The notes: generated by a model not told the origin, from the letters alone. Counted from the stretch's first letter, positions 8,560-20,394 are shown. The stretch: DNA of 64,000 nucleotides from Bacteriovoracia bacterium (GCA_050246755.1 JBFWVL010000006.1:155743-219742), one strand, 5' to 3'. A program made the numbers and translations.

Positions 8560-9018
8560 ATAGAAAAAATCGTAAGGATAGTGCTCGTCTGTGCGATGGG
8601 CATGGCGGCGGGATGCGCAACAATGAAGCAATCCCTGGTTACGGGTATTGGAGCGGGAGCCGTGACGGGATTGGTATTAGGTCCGGCTGTAAACCATTCG
8701 GGATCAAACGCAAGGCTTGGCGGCGCTTTGATCGGCGCTGCTTTTGGCGGGCTCGCTGCGTATTTCATCCATGACGGGATCGAGGCCCGCGACGCTCGCA
8801 TAAGGAAAGAAACGCTGTTCAATCTGGACAAGTTCAACGTGTCGCGCCCGAGTAGTGGCGGCATGGAATCCGAATACGGACTTGCGACCCCGAATATCGA
8901 AACACAGTGTTTTGATACTGAAGTGCGCGGAAACAGGTTGGTTCAGGCGCATTGTGAATCGCGGATCATCGGAAGCCCCGAGTGGGTGAAAGGGCGAAAG
9001 AAAAAGGCCAGTGAGTAA
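8560..9018 (+). CDS. Glycine-zipper lipoprotein, TraV/VirB7-like (probable ATA start)
   Basis: GAGGGAG then ATA 8560 gives (M)EKIVRIVLVCAMGMAAG-C lipobox; GIGAGAVTG/GGALIGAAFGG zipper; C-terminal G.RLVQAH...IIG..EW resembles TraV. Confidence 0.6.
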   Translation: MEKIVRIVLVCAMGMAAGCATMKQSLVTGIGAGAVTGLVLGPAVNHSGSNARLGGALIGAAFGGLAAYFIHDGIEARDARIRKETLFNLDKFNVSRPSSGGMESEYGLATPNIETQCFDTEVRGNRLVQAHCESRIIGSPEWVKGRKKKASE

Positions 9019-9358
9019 CGAGCTGCGGATTGTGCTTACCGGCCCGGCCAAGGAAGCCCACGACAAAATGTTGGAGGAAGCACGGAATGGAAAGACCAGC
9101 ATTAACTCGTCAAGGCTGATTAACTGGATCGTGGCCGACTACTTCGCCCGGTATTTCCTGAAGCGCAAGGAGGCCCTTTGCAAAGCCCATTTTAACGAGC
9201 GTAAACACCTCCTGGAAGCCATGAAGATTGAAGACCCGGAGCAACGGCGGCGTGCGATTCAGGAGGCAGCGCGAAATCTTGGTCGAAGTCGTCTGCGACG
9301 AAAAAATGCGCCGCTCACCGCACAGGAAAACGGTGCGACGAATGACGAAATTTCTTGA
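9011..9358 (+). CDS. Small basic ICE protein, possible DNA-binding accessory factor
   Basis: 115-aa ORF overlapping the upstream stop; helical and basic. Confidence 0.6.
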   Translation: MSNELRIVLTGPAKEAHDKMLEEARNGKTSINSSRLINWIVADYFARYFLKRKEALCKAHFNERKHLLEAMKIEDPEQRRRAIQEAARNLGRSRLRRKNAPLTAQENGATNDEIS

Positions 9359-9383
9359 TTAGTAACAAATTTGTTACTATATT
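9355..9383 (+). promoter_or_regulatory. Sigma70-type promoter with a 20-bp palindromic operator
   Basis: TTGATT-N17-TATATT; TAGTAACAAATTTGTTACTA (9360-9379) is a perfect palindrome; ATG lies 8 nt after the -10. Confidence 0.75.
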
Positions 9384-9391
9384 GAAATGCA

Positions 9392-9643
9392 ATGAAGGAA
9401 TCGGAACGAACAGTAAAAAAAATTAGGGATGGGCTCCTCGATGAGCTGAATCAGGAAGTCGAAAACCGTTTCGGTAGCAATAAAGCTAAAGCCGCCGAAG
9501 CGGTTGCCATGAACCGGATTCAGTTTACGAATCTTTGTAACGAGAAGGTGGGAGCCACGATAGATAAGTTAATTCAGATTGGCGCAACACTCGGTTGGAA
9601 GATTGAGCTAACCGTCAATCGAAAGCCAGGAGACAAAAAGTAG
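9392..9643 (+). CDS. XRE/Cro-type HTH transcriptional regulator
   Basis: KAKAAEAVAMNRIQFTNLCN...TIDKLIQIGATLGWKIELTV pattern. Confidence 0.75.
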   Translation: MKESERTVKKIRDGLLDELNQEVENRFGSNKAKAAEAVAMNRIQFTNLCNEKVGATIDKLIQIGATLGWKIELTVNRKPGDKK

Positions 9644-9685
9644 TTAGATTAAAAAAAACTGAACATTACTCCGTGGGAGTGATGA

Positions 9686-9905
9686 GTGCCAGGCTCTAAG
9701 AGAGCTTCGAGGAAACGGGCCAAGCGGAAGCCGCCACGCGAATCGAAAACATTGCGAAATGCAAAGGTTATCGAGGTTGTGTTTTTGAGAGATGAATCTG
9801 TTTCGAGTGAAATTAGGATCACAGAGGCAAAAAATCTTATTGCCCAAATGATCGAGTTATCCCATCGGCGCGGAAGACCCCGCAAGGTGGAAGAGGAGAG
9901 CGAAG

Positions 9906-9916
<11 letters not shown>
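9686..9916 (+). CDS. Small basic protein overlapping the recombinase start (possible directionality factor)
   Basis: 76-aa ORF in a position typical of small genes preceding large serine recombinases. Confidence 0.45.
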
Positions 9917-11762
<1,846 letters not shown>

Positions 11763-12554
11763 ACTTCAGGGCGCGGGCAACGATGTGGTCGTTTTTTTTC
11801 GTAAGCACCTACCGCGCCCTCGGCTAGCCAAAGCGGCCTTCTTGCGCCGGATGGCGCACCGGCAGCTTGGAATTGGTACCGACCAATTCGTGGAGGTGAT
11901 CTCATTGCGCCCGCTCGCGGTGCAAATTTGGAACGCGGACGGTTCCACGGCCGAGATGTGCGCCAATGGAACACGTTCTTTTCTGTTTCTGGCGGCGGCC
12001 GAAAAATGGGTTAACGCACGGAGCGCGGAACTATCTCTACTTGTGTCCGGCAAAGGCTACCATGCGAACCGTTTAGGAGCGGGGTACGAGTTATGCCTGG
12101 GTAAGCCGCAGATTGGGGAGCTCGAAAGCATCATTCTCGGGGAAGAAAGAATCCCCTTTCGGGCCGTTTCCACCGGAAACCCTCACGCCGTTATTTTTCA
12201 CGGCGCGAAGGAGGGGGAATGGAAAGAGCCTTTAGATTTTTCCTATGTAGCTTATGGTCCCCGCATCGAAACGCATGCCCGATTTCCTAAGAAAACGAAC
12301 GTGGAGTTTGTGCGTCGCCTGGAGAAAATAGGAACCCGAACGCAGATCCACGTGCAGGCCTGGGAGCGTGGAGCCGGCGCCACGCTTTCTTGCGGTAGCG
12401 GAGCGGTGGCGGTGGCTGCAGCCGTGCGTCGTTTGCAAGGCGGTGATTCGTTTGTGGTGAAAATGACGGACTTTGAGCTGCAGGTACGATTCGAGGGCGA
12501 TCAGGCGTTCCTAAGCGGACCCTGCGCCCTCGTTGCTAAGGGTGAGTATTATAC

Positions 12555-12776
12555 CTAGTTGGCCCGCGCTAAAAGCGGGTTCATGTAGAGCCGGAAGGTT
12601 TTATCCTTGTTGCGGCGGATAGCGATATTGTCGTTCTCTTTCTCATGAACGAGTTGCTGGTATAGATCAGGGTCCGTGTTTTTCACGTCCTGTACGGACT
12701 GGCCACTATATTGGCCGAAGTCTACGATGACTTCGCTTTCTTCAATGACGCCGGTTAACGGGCTCATGTTACTCAT
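12555..12776 (-). CDS. Small conserved hypothetical protein (FG-Y-G motif)
   Basis: DFGQYSGQSVQDV...DPDLY; AAGGAG upstream. Confidence 0.7.
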   Translation of the reverse strand: MSNMSPLTGVIEESEVIVDFGQYSGQSVQDVKNTDPDLYQQLVHEKENDNIAIRRNKDKTFRLYMNPLLARAN

Positions 12777-12956
12777 ACGGTTCGAAAATTCTCCTTGGTT
12801 CTGACATCTGTTTCTCTACCACAATCCGTTTGCGGTAGCCTGAGTCAGTTAAGGTAACGATACCGCAGCTGCGAATCACTGCACAAGGTCGCAGAAAACG
12901 TGATTAGAATCAGGCCCTTACAACGCATAACCCGAGTTAAATAATCGGGATATCTG

Positions 12957-13979
12957 TTAAAATAAGTATTGGATCCCGCCAAGGAATTGGTATTGGCCGG
13001 AACCGGTTAGAGCATCGTCAGCCTTGGTGAGCCGGCTTTCGTTGGCGTTCGGGTAGATTCCGTAGCCGCCGCTATTCGATTGCGCCTGCTCGATTTTAGA
13101 TTCTTGGCGCAGCAAGGGGAGGAAGTAGCGGAAGGTGGCGCCGAAGTTAATCGCGCGGCTGATACGGAATTTCACTCCCGCCGAACCGATACCGCCTAAA
13201 GTGCTTTGGCTAAGTGAACCACCACCGGTAGCGTAGGAGCCGTAGGTATTGGCCGCGCCATTTTCTTCTACGGTGCTCGCTTTCCAGCCAAGGCCCACGC
13301 CCAGATAGGGACGGAGGCGCTTGTAAGAATCCGTAAAATGGCCCTGAAACTCTCCGGAGATAAGGTGGCTACGAAGGGTGGCATCGTTCGCCGTGGCGTA
13401 GCCGTTATTCAGCGCGGGTGCCAGAGGGTCGGCCGAAGAGCGGGAGTCGAGATTGAGATTAAGGTCTTGGCTGCTATAGGAATAGCCAAGCTCGAATCCG
13501 AAATTGTCGTCGATATTCGTGCCCACGTTGAGGCCGAGTCCGAGGGCCGAGCCCGCGCTTACGGAGCTCATGGTGCTGGCGCCGAGAAAGGCCCCTACAT
13601 AAGTGGAATCGATCAATTCTTGGTGCTGGCGCGAACGCTCGCTTTCCCAATTGTCTTCGCGCTGGATGAGCCGGTTTTGCGGAGTGGCGATCTGTACCGT
13701 CATGGTCTCGGGAGGGGAGGGCATCTGCTGAACGGAAGGGTGGGGGGCGGAAGGCTCATAGCGCATTGGGACGGCGCCGTAGCTGGTGGGGATAGGGGCG
13801 GCGGCCACGCTGGCCACTTGCACTGGATCACTCGCCTTGGTTTTGCCGCAGGTGGTGAGGTATTGCCCGTTAATAATTTGGTAGGAGCAGCCATCCGCGG
13901 TTTTTCCGCTCGCCGCTAACGCGGGAGAAAGCGCTGCCGTTAAACCCAAGCCCATCGATAAGAAGAATATTTTTTTCAT
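12957..13979 (-). CDS. Outer-membrane beta-barrel protein with Pro-rich N-terminal linker
   Basis: Signal peptide, LRPYLGVGLGW strand, C-terminal GGIQYLF. Confidence 0.8.
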   Translation of the reverse strand: MKKIFFLSMGLGLTAALSPALAASGKTADGCSYQIINGQYLTTCGKTKASDPVQVASVAAAPIPTSYGAVPMRYEPSAPHPSVQQMPSPPETMTVQIATPQNRLIQREDNWESERSRQHQELIDSTYVGAFLGASTMSSVSAGSALGLGLNVGTNIDDNFGFELGYSYSSQDLNLNLDSRSSADPLAPALNNGYATANDATLRSHLISGEFQGHFTDSYKRLRPYLGVGLGWKASTVEENGAANTYGSYATGGGSLSQSTLGGIGSAGVKFRISRAINFGATFRYFLPLLRQESKIEQAQSNSGGYGIYPNANESRLTKADDALTGSGQYQFLGGIQYLF

Positions 13980-14101
13980 TACGCAGCGCAACATATCCGA
14001 TGTTGATTATATAAGTCAACTAAACCCTAGGCTTTTTTCGTTGGCCCGCGTTGCCGGGGAACACTTGACCTGCGCCCGGCCGGGCCGTATTTCTGGAACA
14101 G

Positions 14102-15046
14102 ATGAAAAAGACTGGGAAAAAAGCGGAAGACAACCTCCCGCAAATCGTGTCTCCTAAGCTCCCAGCGGTACGCCCCAAGGGCGAACTGGTGGCAAAGGAT
14201 CCGCTCCAGCGCTACCTCCACGATCTCCGTAAATACGAAGTGATGAGTCCGGAAGAGCAGCAGGAGCTCGCGGTGAAGTTCCGCGAGACGGGGGACCTGG
14301 AGCTTGCCAAACGCCTGGTCACCACGAATCTTCGGCTCGTGGTGAAAATCGCCCTCGAGTACCGCAGCGCCTACAACAACGTTTTGGATTTGATCCAAGA
14401 GGGAAATGTGGGGCTAATGAAGGCGGTATCGAACTACGATCCCTATAAGGGAACGCGGCTTTCCTACTATGCTTCCTGGTGGATTCGTTCCTATATCTTG
14501 AAATTTCTCCTCGATAATTTCCGCTTGGTGAAAGTGGGCACCACCCAGGCCCAGAAGAAACTTTTCTATAATTTGATGCGCGAAAAAGAGCGGCTGGAAT
14601 CCCAGGGCATCACCGCCGGATCCAAGCTTTTGGCGTCTAATCTCAACGTGAAAGAGAAGGACGTGAATGAGATGAGCCTCCGCCTTTCGAGCAAAGGTGG
14701 AGAATACTCTCTAGACCAGCCTTTTGGCGACGGTGATAAGCGGAGCCCGATGGATGCGCTCGAGGATACGGCCGAGGCGGTAGATGCCTCGCTGGCCCAG
14801 GAACAGCTGAAAAATATATTATCGGACCACATCGCGGAGTTCGTGCAAACGCTCAACGAAAAGGAGCGGATTGTGTTTAAGGAGCGTCTCATGAACGATG
14901 AGCCGCAAACCCTCCAGGAAGTAGCGGATCAGTTTGGAATCACTCGCGAACGCGCGCGACAGATCGAGTCAAAAGTAGTGGAAAAGCTTCGAAAACATAT
15001 GAGTTTGCACATGGATGGGATCGAAATCGCGCCGCCGCGAAAATAG
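14102..15046 (+). CDS. rpoH: Sigma-32 (RpoH-like) RNA polymerase sigma factor
   Basis: NLRLVVKIA, DLIQEGNVGLMKAV, YASWWIR, RpoH-box-like QKKLFYNL, TRERARQIE. Confidence 0.85.
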   Translation: MKKTGKKAEDNLPQIVSPKLPAVRPKGELVAKDPLQRYLHDLRKYEVMSPEEQQELAVKFRETGDLELAKRLVTTNLRLVVKIALEYRSAYNNVLDLIQEGNVGLMKAVSNYDPYKGTRLSYYASWWIRSYILKFLLDNFRLVKVGTTQAQKKLFYNLMREKERLESQGITAGSKLLASNLNVKEKDVNEMSLRLSSKGGEYSLDQPFGDGDKRSPMDALEDTAEAVDASLAQEQLKNILSDHIAEFVQTLNEKERIVFKERLMNDEPQTLQEVADQFGITRERARQIESKVVEKLRKHMSLHMDGIEIAPPRK

Positions 15047-15184
15047 GCGAGGCCGATGGTCTTGGGCGGTTCGCGCTTAGCGGTTATTGCCGCTGATTTT
15101 GTTGATAAAACCATCTTGCACCCTGTTTTGGGGCGTGTTACGAAATCCAACAAATAAATAGCTGAAAGAAATAGGAATTCGAAA

Positions 15185-15442
15185 ATGATCGCCAAACAAG
15201 AAACCATCCAAAAACACGCTCGCGGTGCCAAAGATACCGGTTCTCCAGAAGTTCAGGTTGCCCTGCTCACTGGCCGTATCAACCACCTCACCGACCACTT
15301 CAAAACCCATAAAAAAGATCACCACGGCCGCCGTGGCCTTCTCAATATGGTGAGCAAGCGCCGCCGCCTGCTCGACTACCTCAAGGGCAAAGACGAAAGT
15401 CGCTATACCGCTCTTCTCTCCAAGCTCGACCTACGTAAGTAA
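15185..15442 (+). CDS. rpsO: 30S ribosomal protein S15
   Basis: [13 protein letters not shown]...[12 protein letters not shown]. Confidence 0.98.
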   Translation: MIAKQETIQKHARGAKDTGSPEVQVALLTGRINHLTDHFKTHKKDHHGRRGLLNMVSKRRRLLDYLKGKDESRYTALLSKLDLRK

Positions 15443-15534
15443 GCGCGACGCTCTTAACCTAACCAAAAATAATTTGGGAAGCGGGGCCGCAGTGTGTTCA
15501 GAAACACCCGCGGCCAGCCTCCAGACAGGACTCC

Positions 15535-17643
15535 ATGCTCAATAAGAAAATTACCGTAAGCTGTGATTTCGGCGGACGCCCAATCACGATCGAAACCGGC
15601 CGTATGGCCAAGCAAGCCAACGGCTCCGTAGTGGTGACGTACGGCGAAACCGTAGTGCTCGTGACCGCCACGGGCTCCAAAAAACCCAAGCCGGGACAAA
15701 GTTTCTTTCCCCTCACCGTAGACTATATCGAGAAATACTACGCGGCCGGTAAATTCCCCGGCGGCTTTTTCAAGCGCGAAACCCGGCCCAGCAATGATGC
15801 CGTGCTCACTTCCCGTATCATTGACCGCCCGATCCGCCCTCTTTTCCCGGAAGGTTACTTGAACGATGTGCACGTGGTGGCCACCGTCCTCTCGGTGGAC
15901 ACTGAGAACGATCCCGATATCGCCGCTTCGCTTGGCGCTTCAGCCGCGCTTTCGCTCTCCGATATTCCTTTCGCCGGCCCTACGGCCGCCGTGCGCGTAG
16001 GCCGCGTAAAGGGCAGAATCGTGATCAACCCCACGATGGCGCAGCAGAAAGAGTCCGATATCGAAGTGGTGGTTACCGGCACTGAAAAAGCCATCATGAT
16101 GGTGGAGGGCGGCGCCCAGGAAGTTTCCGAAGCCGATTTGCTCGAGGCCATCCTCGAAGGCCATCGCGCCATCCAGCCCCTGATCGCCATGCAGCGGAAG
16201 CTGCAAGCCGAACACGGCAAAGCCAAAATTGAATTCGTTCCCGCCGCGATCGACGAAAGCCTCAAGAAGGCAATCGGCGCTTTTTCGGGCCAGGTTACCG
16301 AGGCGTTCGCGATTCGCGAAAAAGCGCTTCGCTACGGTGCGCTCAGCAAAGTGGGCGAAGAGGCCATGCTGAAGGCCCTCGCGGGCGTTCCTGAGGCGGA
16401 ATTGGCCGCGAAGAAAAAAGAAGCCGAAGGCCACTTTGAGAACCTGAAGTACAGCGTAATGCGCGAGATGGTGCTCACGGGCAAGCGTCTCGATGGCCGC
16501 CCCCTTACCCAAGTTCGTGAGATCGAATGTGAAGCCGGCGTTCTGCCTAAGGTTCACGGCTCGAGCTTGTTTACCCGCGGTGAAACCCAGGTTCTCTGCG
16601 TGGTTACCCTCGGTACCAAAGACGACGAACAGCTCTACGATCCTCTCCGCGCTCCCCAGAGCTCGAAGAAGTTCATGCTGCACTATAACTTCCCTCCCTT
16701 CTCGGTGGGTGAAGCTGGTTTCATGCGTGCCCCCGGCCGCCGCGAAGTAGGTCACGGGGCTCTCGCCGAACGCGCTATCGAAGCGATGATTCCGGACGCC
16801 ACGAAGTTCCCGTATACCACTCGCTTGGTATGCGAAACGCTCGAGTCGAACGGTTCCTCCTCCATGGGCTCGGTTTGCTCCGCTTCCATGGCGCTGATGG
16901 ATGCCGGCGTTCCTTTCCCGAAACCAGTAGCGGGTATCGCCATGGGTCTCGTGAAAGAGGGCAGCCGCGTGGCGGTTCTCTCCGATATCTTGGGCGACGA
17001 AGATCACTTGGGCGATATGGACTTCAAGGTAGCCGGAACCAAAGACGGCGTAACCGCGATCCAGATGGATATTAAGATTGAAGGCGTGGACGAGAACATC
17101 ATGCGTACCGCCCTCAAGCAGGCGTTCGATGGACGTATTCATATCCTCGGCGAAATGGCCAAGGCGATCAATACTCCTCGTTCCGACATCAACAAGAACG
17201 CTCCCCGCATTATCACCATGACCATCAAGCAGGATAAGATTCGCGAAGTAATCGGCTCGGGTGGTAAAGTAATCCGCGGAATCATCGAGAGCACCGGCGC
17301 GAAGATCGACATCAACGACGACGGCGTGATCAATATCGCTTCCTCCGATCTCGAGGCGGCTCGCAAGGCCGTGGCGATGATCGAATCCATCGTGGAAGAA
17401 GTGGAAATCGGCAAGGTTTATACCGGTAAAGTTCGCAAGATCATGGATTTCGGCGCTTTCGTGGAAGTAACTCCCGGAAACGACGGCCTCCTTCACATTT
17501 CCGAGATTTCGAACGAGCGCGTGATGAAAGTTACCGACGTTCTGAAAGAAGGCGACGTGATCGACGTGAAGGTTCTCGATATCGACCGTCAGGGCAAAAT
17601 GCGCTTATCCCGTAAAGTGCTCCTCGGCGCTCCCAAAACCTAG
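15535..17643 (+). CDS. pnp: Polyribonucleotide nucleotidyltransferase
   Basis: FFPLTVDY, FTRGETQ, ESNGSSSM, DHLGDMDFKVAG, KH and S1 domains; follows rpsO. Confidence 0.98.
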   Translation: MLNKKITVSCDFGGRPITIETGRMAKQANGSVVVTYGETVVLVTATGSKKPKPGQSFFPLTVDYIEKYYAAGKFPGGFFKRETRPSNDAVLTSRIIDRPIRPLFPEGYLNDVHVVATVLSVDTENDPDIAASLGASAALSLSDIPFAGPTAAVRVGRVKGRIVINPTMAQQKESDIEVVVTGTEKAIMMVEGGAQEVSEADLLEAILEGHRAIQPLIAMQRKLQAEHGKAKIEFVPAAIDESLKKAIGAFSGQVTEAFAIREKALRYGALSKVGEEAMLKALAGVPEAELAAKKKEAEGHFENLKYSVMREMVLTGKRLDGRPLTQVREIECEAGVLPKVHGSSLFTRGETQVLCVVTLGTKDDEQLYDPLRAPQSSKKFMLHYNFPPFSVGEAGFMRAPGRREVGHGALAERAIEAMIPDATKFPYTTRLVCETLESNGSSSMGSVCSASMALMDAGVPFPKPVAGIAMGLVKEGSRVAVLSDILGDEDHLGDMDFKVAGTKDGVTAIQMDIKIEGVDENIMRTALKQAFDGRIHILGEMAKAINTPRSDINKNAPRIITMTIKQDKIREVIGSGGKVIRGIIESTGAKIDINDDGVINIASSDLEAARKAVAMIESIVEEVEIGKVYTGKVRKIMDFGAFVEVTPGNDGLLHISEISNERVMKVTDVLKEGDVIDVKVLDIDRQGKMRLSRKVLLGAPKT

Positions 17644-17663
17644 TTCGGGTCCTTGACGAAAAT

Positions 17664-17703
17664 AAGGGCGTGGTCACCTCGGTGACTGCGCCTTTTTCTT
17701 TTT
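17664..17703 (+). terminator. Rho-independent terminator of rpsO-pnp
   Basis: AAGGGCGTGGTCACC-TC-GGTGACTGCGCCTTT followed by a T-run. Confidence 0.85.
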
Positions 17704-17787
17704 AAGTTCACTACTTAGCAGCTTTATAAATGATTTCAATTTCTATCCGCCGTGATGTATACCAGTCCGGCCCTGGGAGGGATCATC

Positions 17788-18426
17788 ATGAAATTCATCG
17801 TTTTATCGTTGTTCACAATCGCAATATTTTCCGTTCCGGCCTTCGCCGAAACTGGAAGCTTCATTAAACTACTCGACGGGAAATTCGCGGTTTGCGAAGG
17901 CGAAAAGAATCTGGGCCGCGGAGCTTACCTTCCTAACGGCTTATCCACCAAGGCAGACGGTGGCGCTCTTTCCATAGTATTCGTGCTTCAGCATTTAAGG
18001 TGCGAGCAGCTCGGTAACGCATTCGTTTGGATGCCCTCCGCGCACCCTCTTGATCCCGTGGCCGACAAAGATATTTACGATCGCCCGATTTTAGTGAAGC
18101 GTGCCAATTCCGAAGCGGTACTGTCGCGCGGAGCCGACGCCGCAATCTTGAGCACGGTTGCGCTCGAAGATTCCGCGGAGCAATCGATCGATTTTGGATT
18201 CAGTCTCGAGCAGCTGCTCAGCCCGGCGGAACTCGGTGCCCTGGATTCCGGCGACGCCGTCGACGCCAAGGCCACGTTTTTCGTGCGCGGAGATATCTCG
18301 GTGCAGACCCATACGGGCGAAACCGTGGTGCTCGGGCGCCGGGCCGGCGGGGCCTATACGATCCTCCTTACGATGAAAAAGGCCGATTCCGGCCAAGTTC
18401 AGGTGACGAACCTGCAACTGAAATAG
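17788..18426 (+). CDS. Secreted hypothetical protein
   Basis: GGAGG SD, signal peptide MKFIVLSLFTIAIFSVPAFA, two Cys. Confidence 0.75.
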   Translation: MKFIVLSLFTIAIFSVPAFAETGSFIKLLDGKFAVCEGEKNLGRGAYLPNGLSTKADGGALSIVFVLQHLRCEQLGNAFVWMPSAHPLDPVADKDIYDRPILVKRANSEAVLSRGADAAILSTVALEDSAEQSIDFGFSLEQLLSPAELGALDSGDAVDAKATFFVRGDISVQTHTGETVVLGRRAGGAYTILLTMKKADSGQVQVTNLQLK

Positions 18427-18499
18427 CCAAGCTTCTCCGGTTACCAGGTATTGGCGCTCGCGCATTGCTCAGTGCTTTGCGCATCCGCTACAATATTCC

Positions 18500-19783
18500 A
18501 TGGCGAAGAAGAATTTTTACCAGCGAAGCGTGCTTCAGAACGGTGTGGTGCTGCTTACCGAGCGGGCCGCTAATTTCAAAAGTCTATCGATCGGCGTGTG
18601 GGTAAAGGGAGGCTCGCGGCACGAGTCGCCTTCCCAGGCGGGCATGGCGCATTTTCTAGAGCACATGATGTTCAAGGGCACCGGCAAGCGCACCGCGCTC
18701 GATATTGCCCGCGACGTGGATCTGGTAGGCGGTGATTTCAACGCCATGACCACGCGGGAATATACTTGTTTCCATCTTACCTTGCCTCATAAAGAAGCCG
18801 ATTTCGCCCTCGATTTACTTACGGATATTTTGAAGGATTCGCGTTTTGATCCGGTGGAGCTCGAGCGCGAGCGCCTCGTGGTGCTCCAGGAATTCGCGAT
18901 GGTGGAAGAGAGCCCGGAGGAATGGGTGCACGAAGTGCTGTTCGATAAAGCTTTCGGCCGCCACCCGCTGGGTCGCCCGATCCTTGGCACCGAGGCCGTG
19001 CTGAAGTCCTTCACGCGCGAAGACGTAAAGAAGTATTTCGAGCAGCATTACTTCAGTAAAAATATCGTGATCACAATGGCGGGAGACCTGCGCCACGATG
19101 TGGTGGAGCGCAAGCTCAATAAGTTGCTGGGAAAATTTCGCGGCAAGAAACGCCCGATTCCCTCGGGCAGCATGCGGAAGCCTAAGTTCCATCCCGGCGT
19201 TCACCTTATCCGCCGCGATACCGATCAGGCCCACATCACGCTGGCCTGCGAAAGCTATCCTATCGACCATAAAAATCGTTTAGCCGCGTTTTTGCTCAAC
19301 GCCTACCTTGGCGGGAACATGAGCTCGGTGCTTTGGCAGGAGATCCGCGAGAAGCGCGGGTTCGCCTACACCGTCTATTCTTCGCTCGCCCATTTCAGTG
19401 ATACGGGCCTTCTCGGTATGTACGTGGCTACCAGCCCCAAGCAAGTGCCCGAGTGCTTGCAGCTGATTCGCGAGCAGCTGCAAAAGTTAGTGAGCGCGCC
19501 GATCGACGAGCGCGATCTCCAGATCGCCAAAAACAGCGTAAAGAGCGCCGTGTTGATGGGCAGTGATTCGATGGAAGCGCGGATGTATACGCTGGCCAAG
19601 AGCGAGCTGTTTTATCCAAATCAGGTGAGCGACGAGGAGATCTGCAGGATGATCGACCAAGTTACCGCACTCGACCTGTGGCGTGTTGCCCGTGAGCTGT
19701 TTGGTCGGGATCGTTGGTTGATCGTGGCTCTCGGAAAACTGAACAAGAGCGTACTTACTAAGAATTTTCTGAAGAGTAAGTGA
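18500..19783 (+). CDS. M16 (pitrilysin-family) zinc peptidase
   Basis: GMAHFLEHMMFKGT inverted Zn motif, IREKRGFAY; usual neighbour of pnp. Confidence 0.93.
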   Translation: MAKKNFYQRSVLQNGVVLLTERAANFKSLSIGVWVKGGSRHESPSQAGMAHFLEHMMFKGTGKRTALDIARDVDLVGGDFNAMTTREYTCFHLTLPHKEADFALDLLTDILKDSRFDPVELERERLVVLQEFAMVEESPEEWVHEVLFDKAFGRHPLGRPILGTEAVLKSFTREDVKKYFEQHYFSKNIVITMAGDLRHDVVERKLNKLLGKFRGKKRPIPSGSMRKPKFHPGVHLIRRDTDQAHITLACESYPIDHKNRLAAFLLNAYLGGNMSSVLWQEIREKRGFAYTVYSSLAHFSDTGLLGMYVATSPKQVPECLQLIREQLQKLVSAPIDERDLQIAKNSVKSAVLMGSDSMEARMYTLAKSELFYPNQVSDEEICRMIDQVTALDLWRVARELFGRDRWLIVALGKLNKSVLTKNFLKSK

Positions 19784-19877
19784 CGCAACCGGATTCGTTG
19801 ATCGTCTTACAGAACAAATGCAAAAGCTGACACCGTTTTTAGTTGCAGGGAAGTGGGAAGCCTTTAGCATTAGAACT

Positions 19878-20372
19878 ATGAAAAGGACTTTCTGTCTCTT
19901 GGCCACGATGGCCTTTTTCGCCATCCCCGAGCAAGGCCACGCGAAAGCCTCTCCCCTCAAGCAAGTACGCCTGGAATATATCCAAACTTATGTGGAAGAA
20001 GCCGCGGCCAAAGAAAGGCTGGAGCCCACTTTGCTGAGCGCGATTATCCGCGTGGAGTCGAATTTCAATCATAAGGCCGTCTCGCCGGTGGGAGCGAAGG
20101 GGCTGATGCAGCTCATGCCTTTTACCGCTAAGGGCTTAGGAAAAGATAAGGCCCTGGATTCGCGGAATCCGCGCGCGAATATTTTGGCCGGGGCCCACTA
20201 CTTGCGGGGCCTGATCAACCAGTTTCAGGGTGACCTGCGCTTGGCTGTGGCGGCCTATAACGCCGGCCCCAATGCCGTGCTCCGGCATGGCGGGATTCCT
20301 CCTTACCGTGAGACCCAAAACTACGTAACGAAGGTAATGGGGGAATGGGAGAAGTTAAGGCTGGCTCAGTAA
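19878..20372 (+). CDS. Lytic transglycosylase (SLT domain), secreted
   Basis: IRVESNF, GAKGLMQLMP, AAYNAGP, ETQNYV. Confidence 0.93.
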   Translation: MKRTFCLLATMAFFAIPEQGHAKASPLKQVRLEYIQTYVEEAAAKERLEPTLLSAIIRVESNFNHKAVSPVGAKGLMQLMPFTAKGLGKDKALDSRNPRANILAGAHYLRGLINQFQGDLRLAVAAYNAGPNAVLRHGGIPPYRETQNYVTKVMGEWEKLRLAQ

Positions 20373-20394
20373 GGAACTACTTTCGTTTCGCACC

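Noticed and set aside
15940-17496. 518-aa antisense ORF
   Set aside because: Shadow of pnp caused by codon bias
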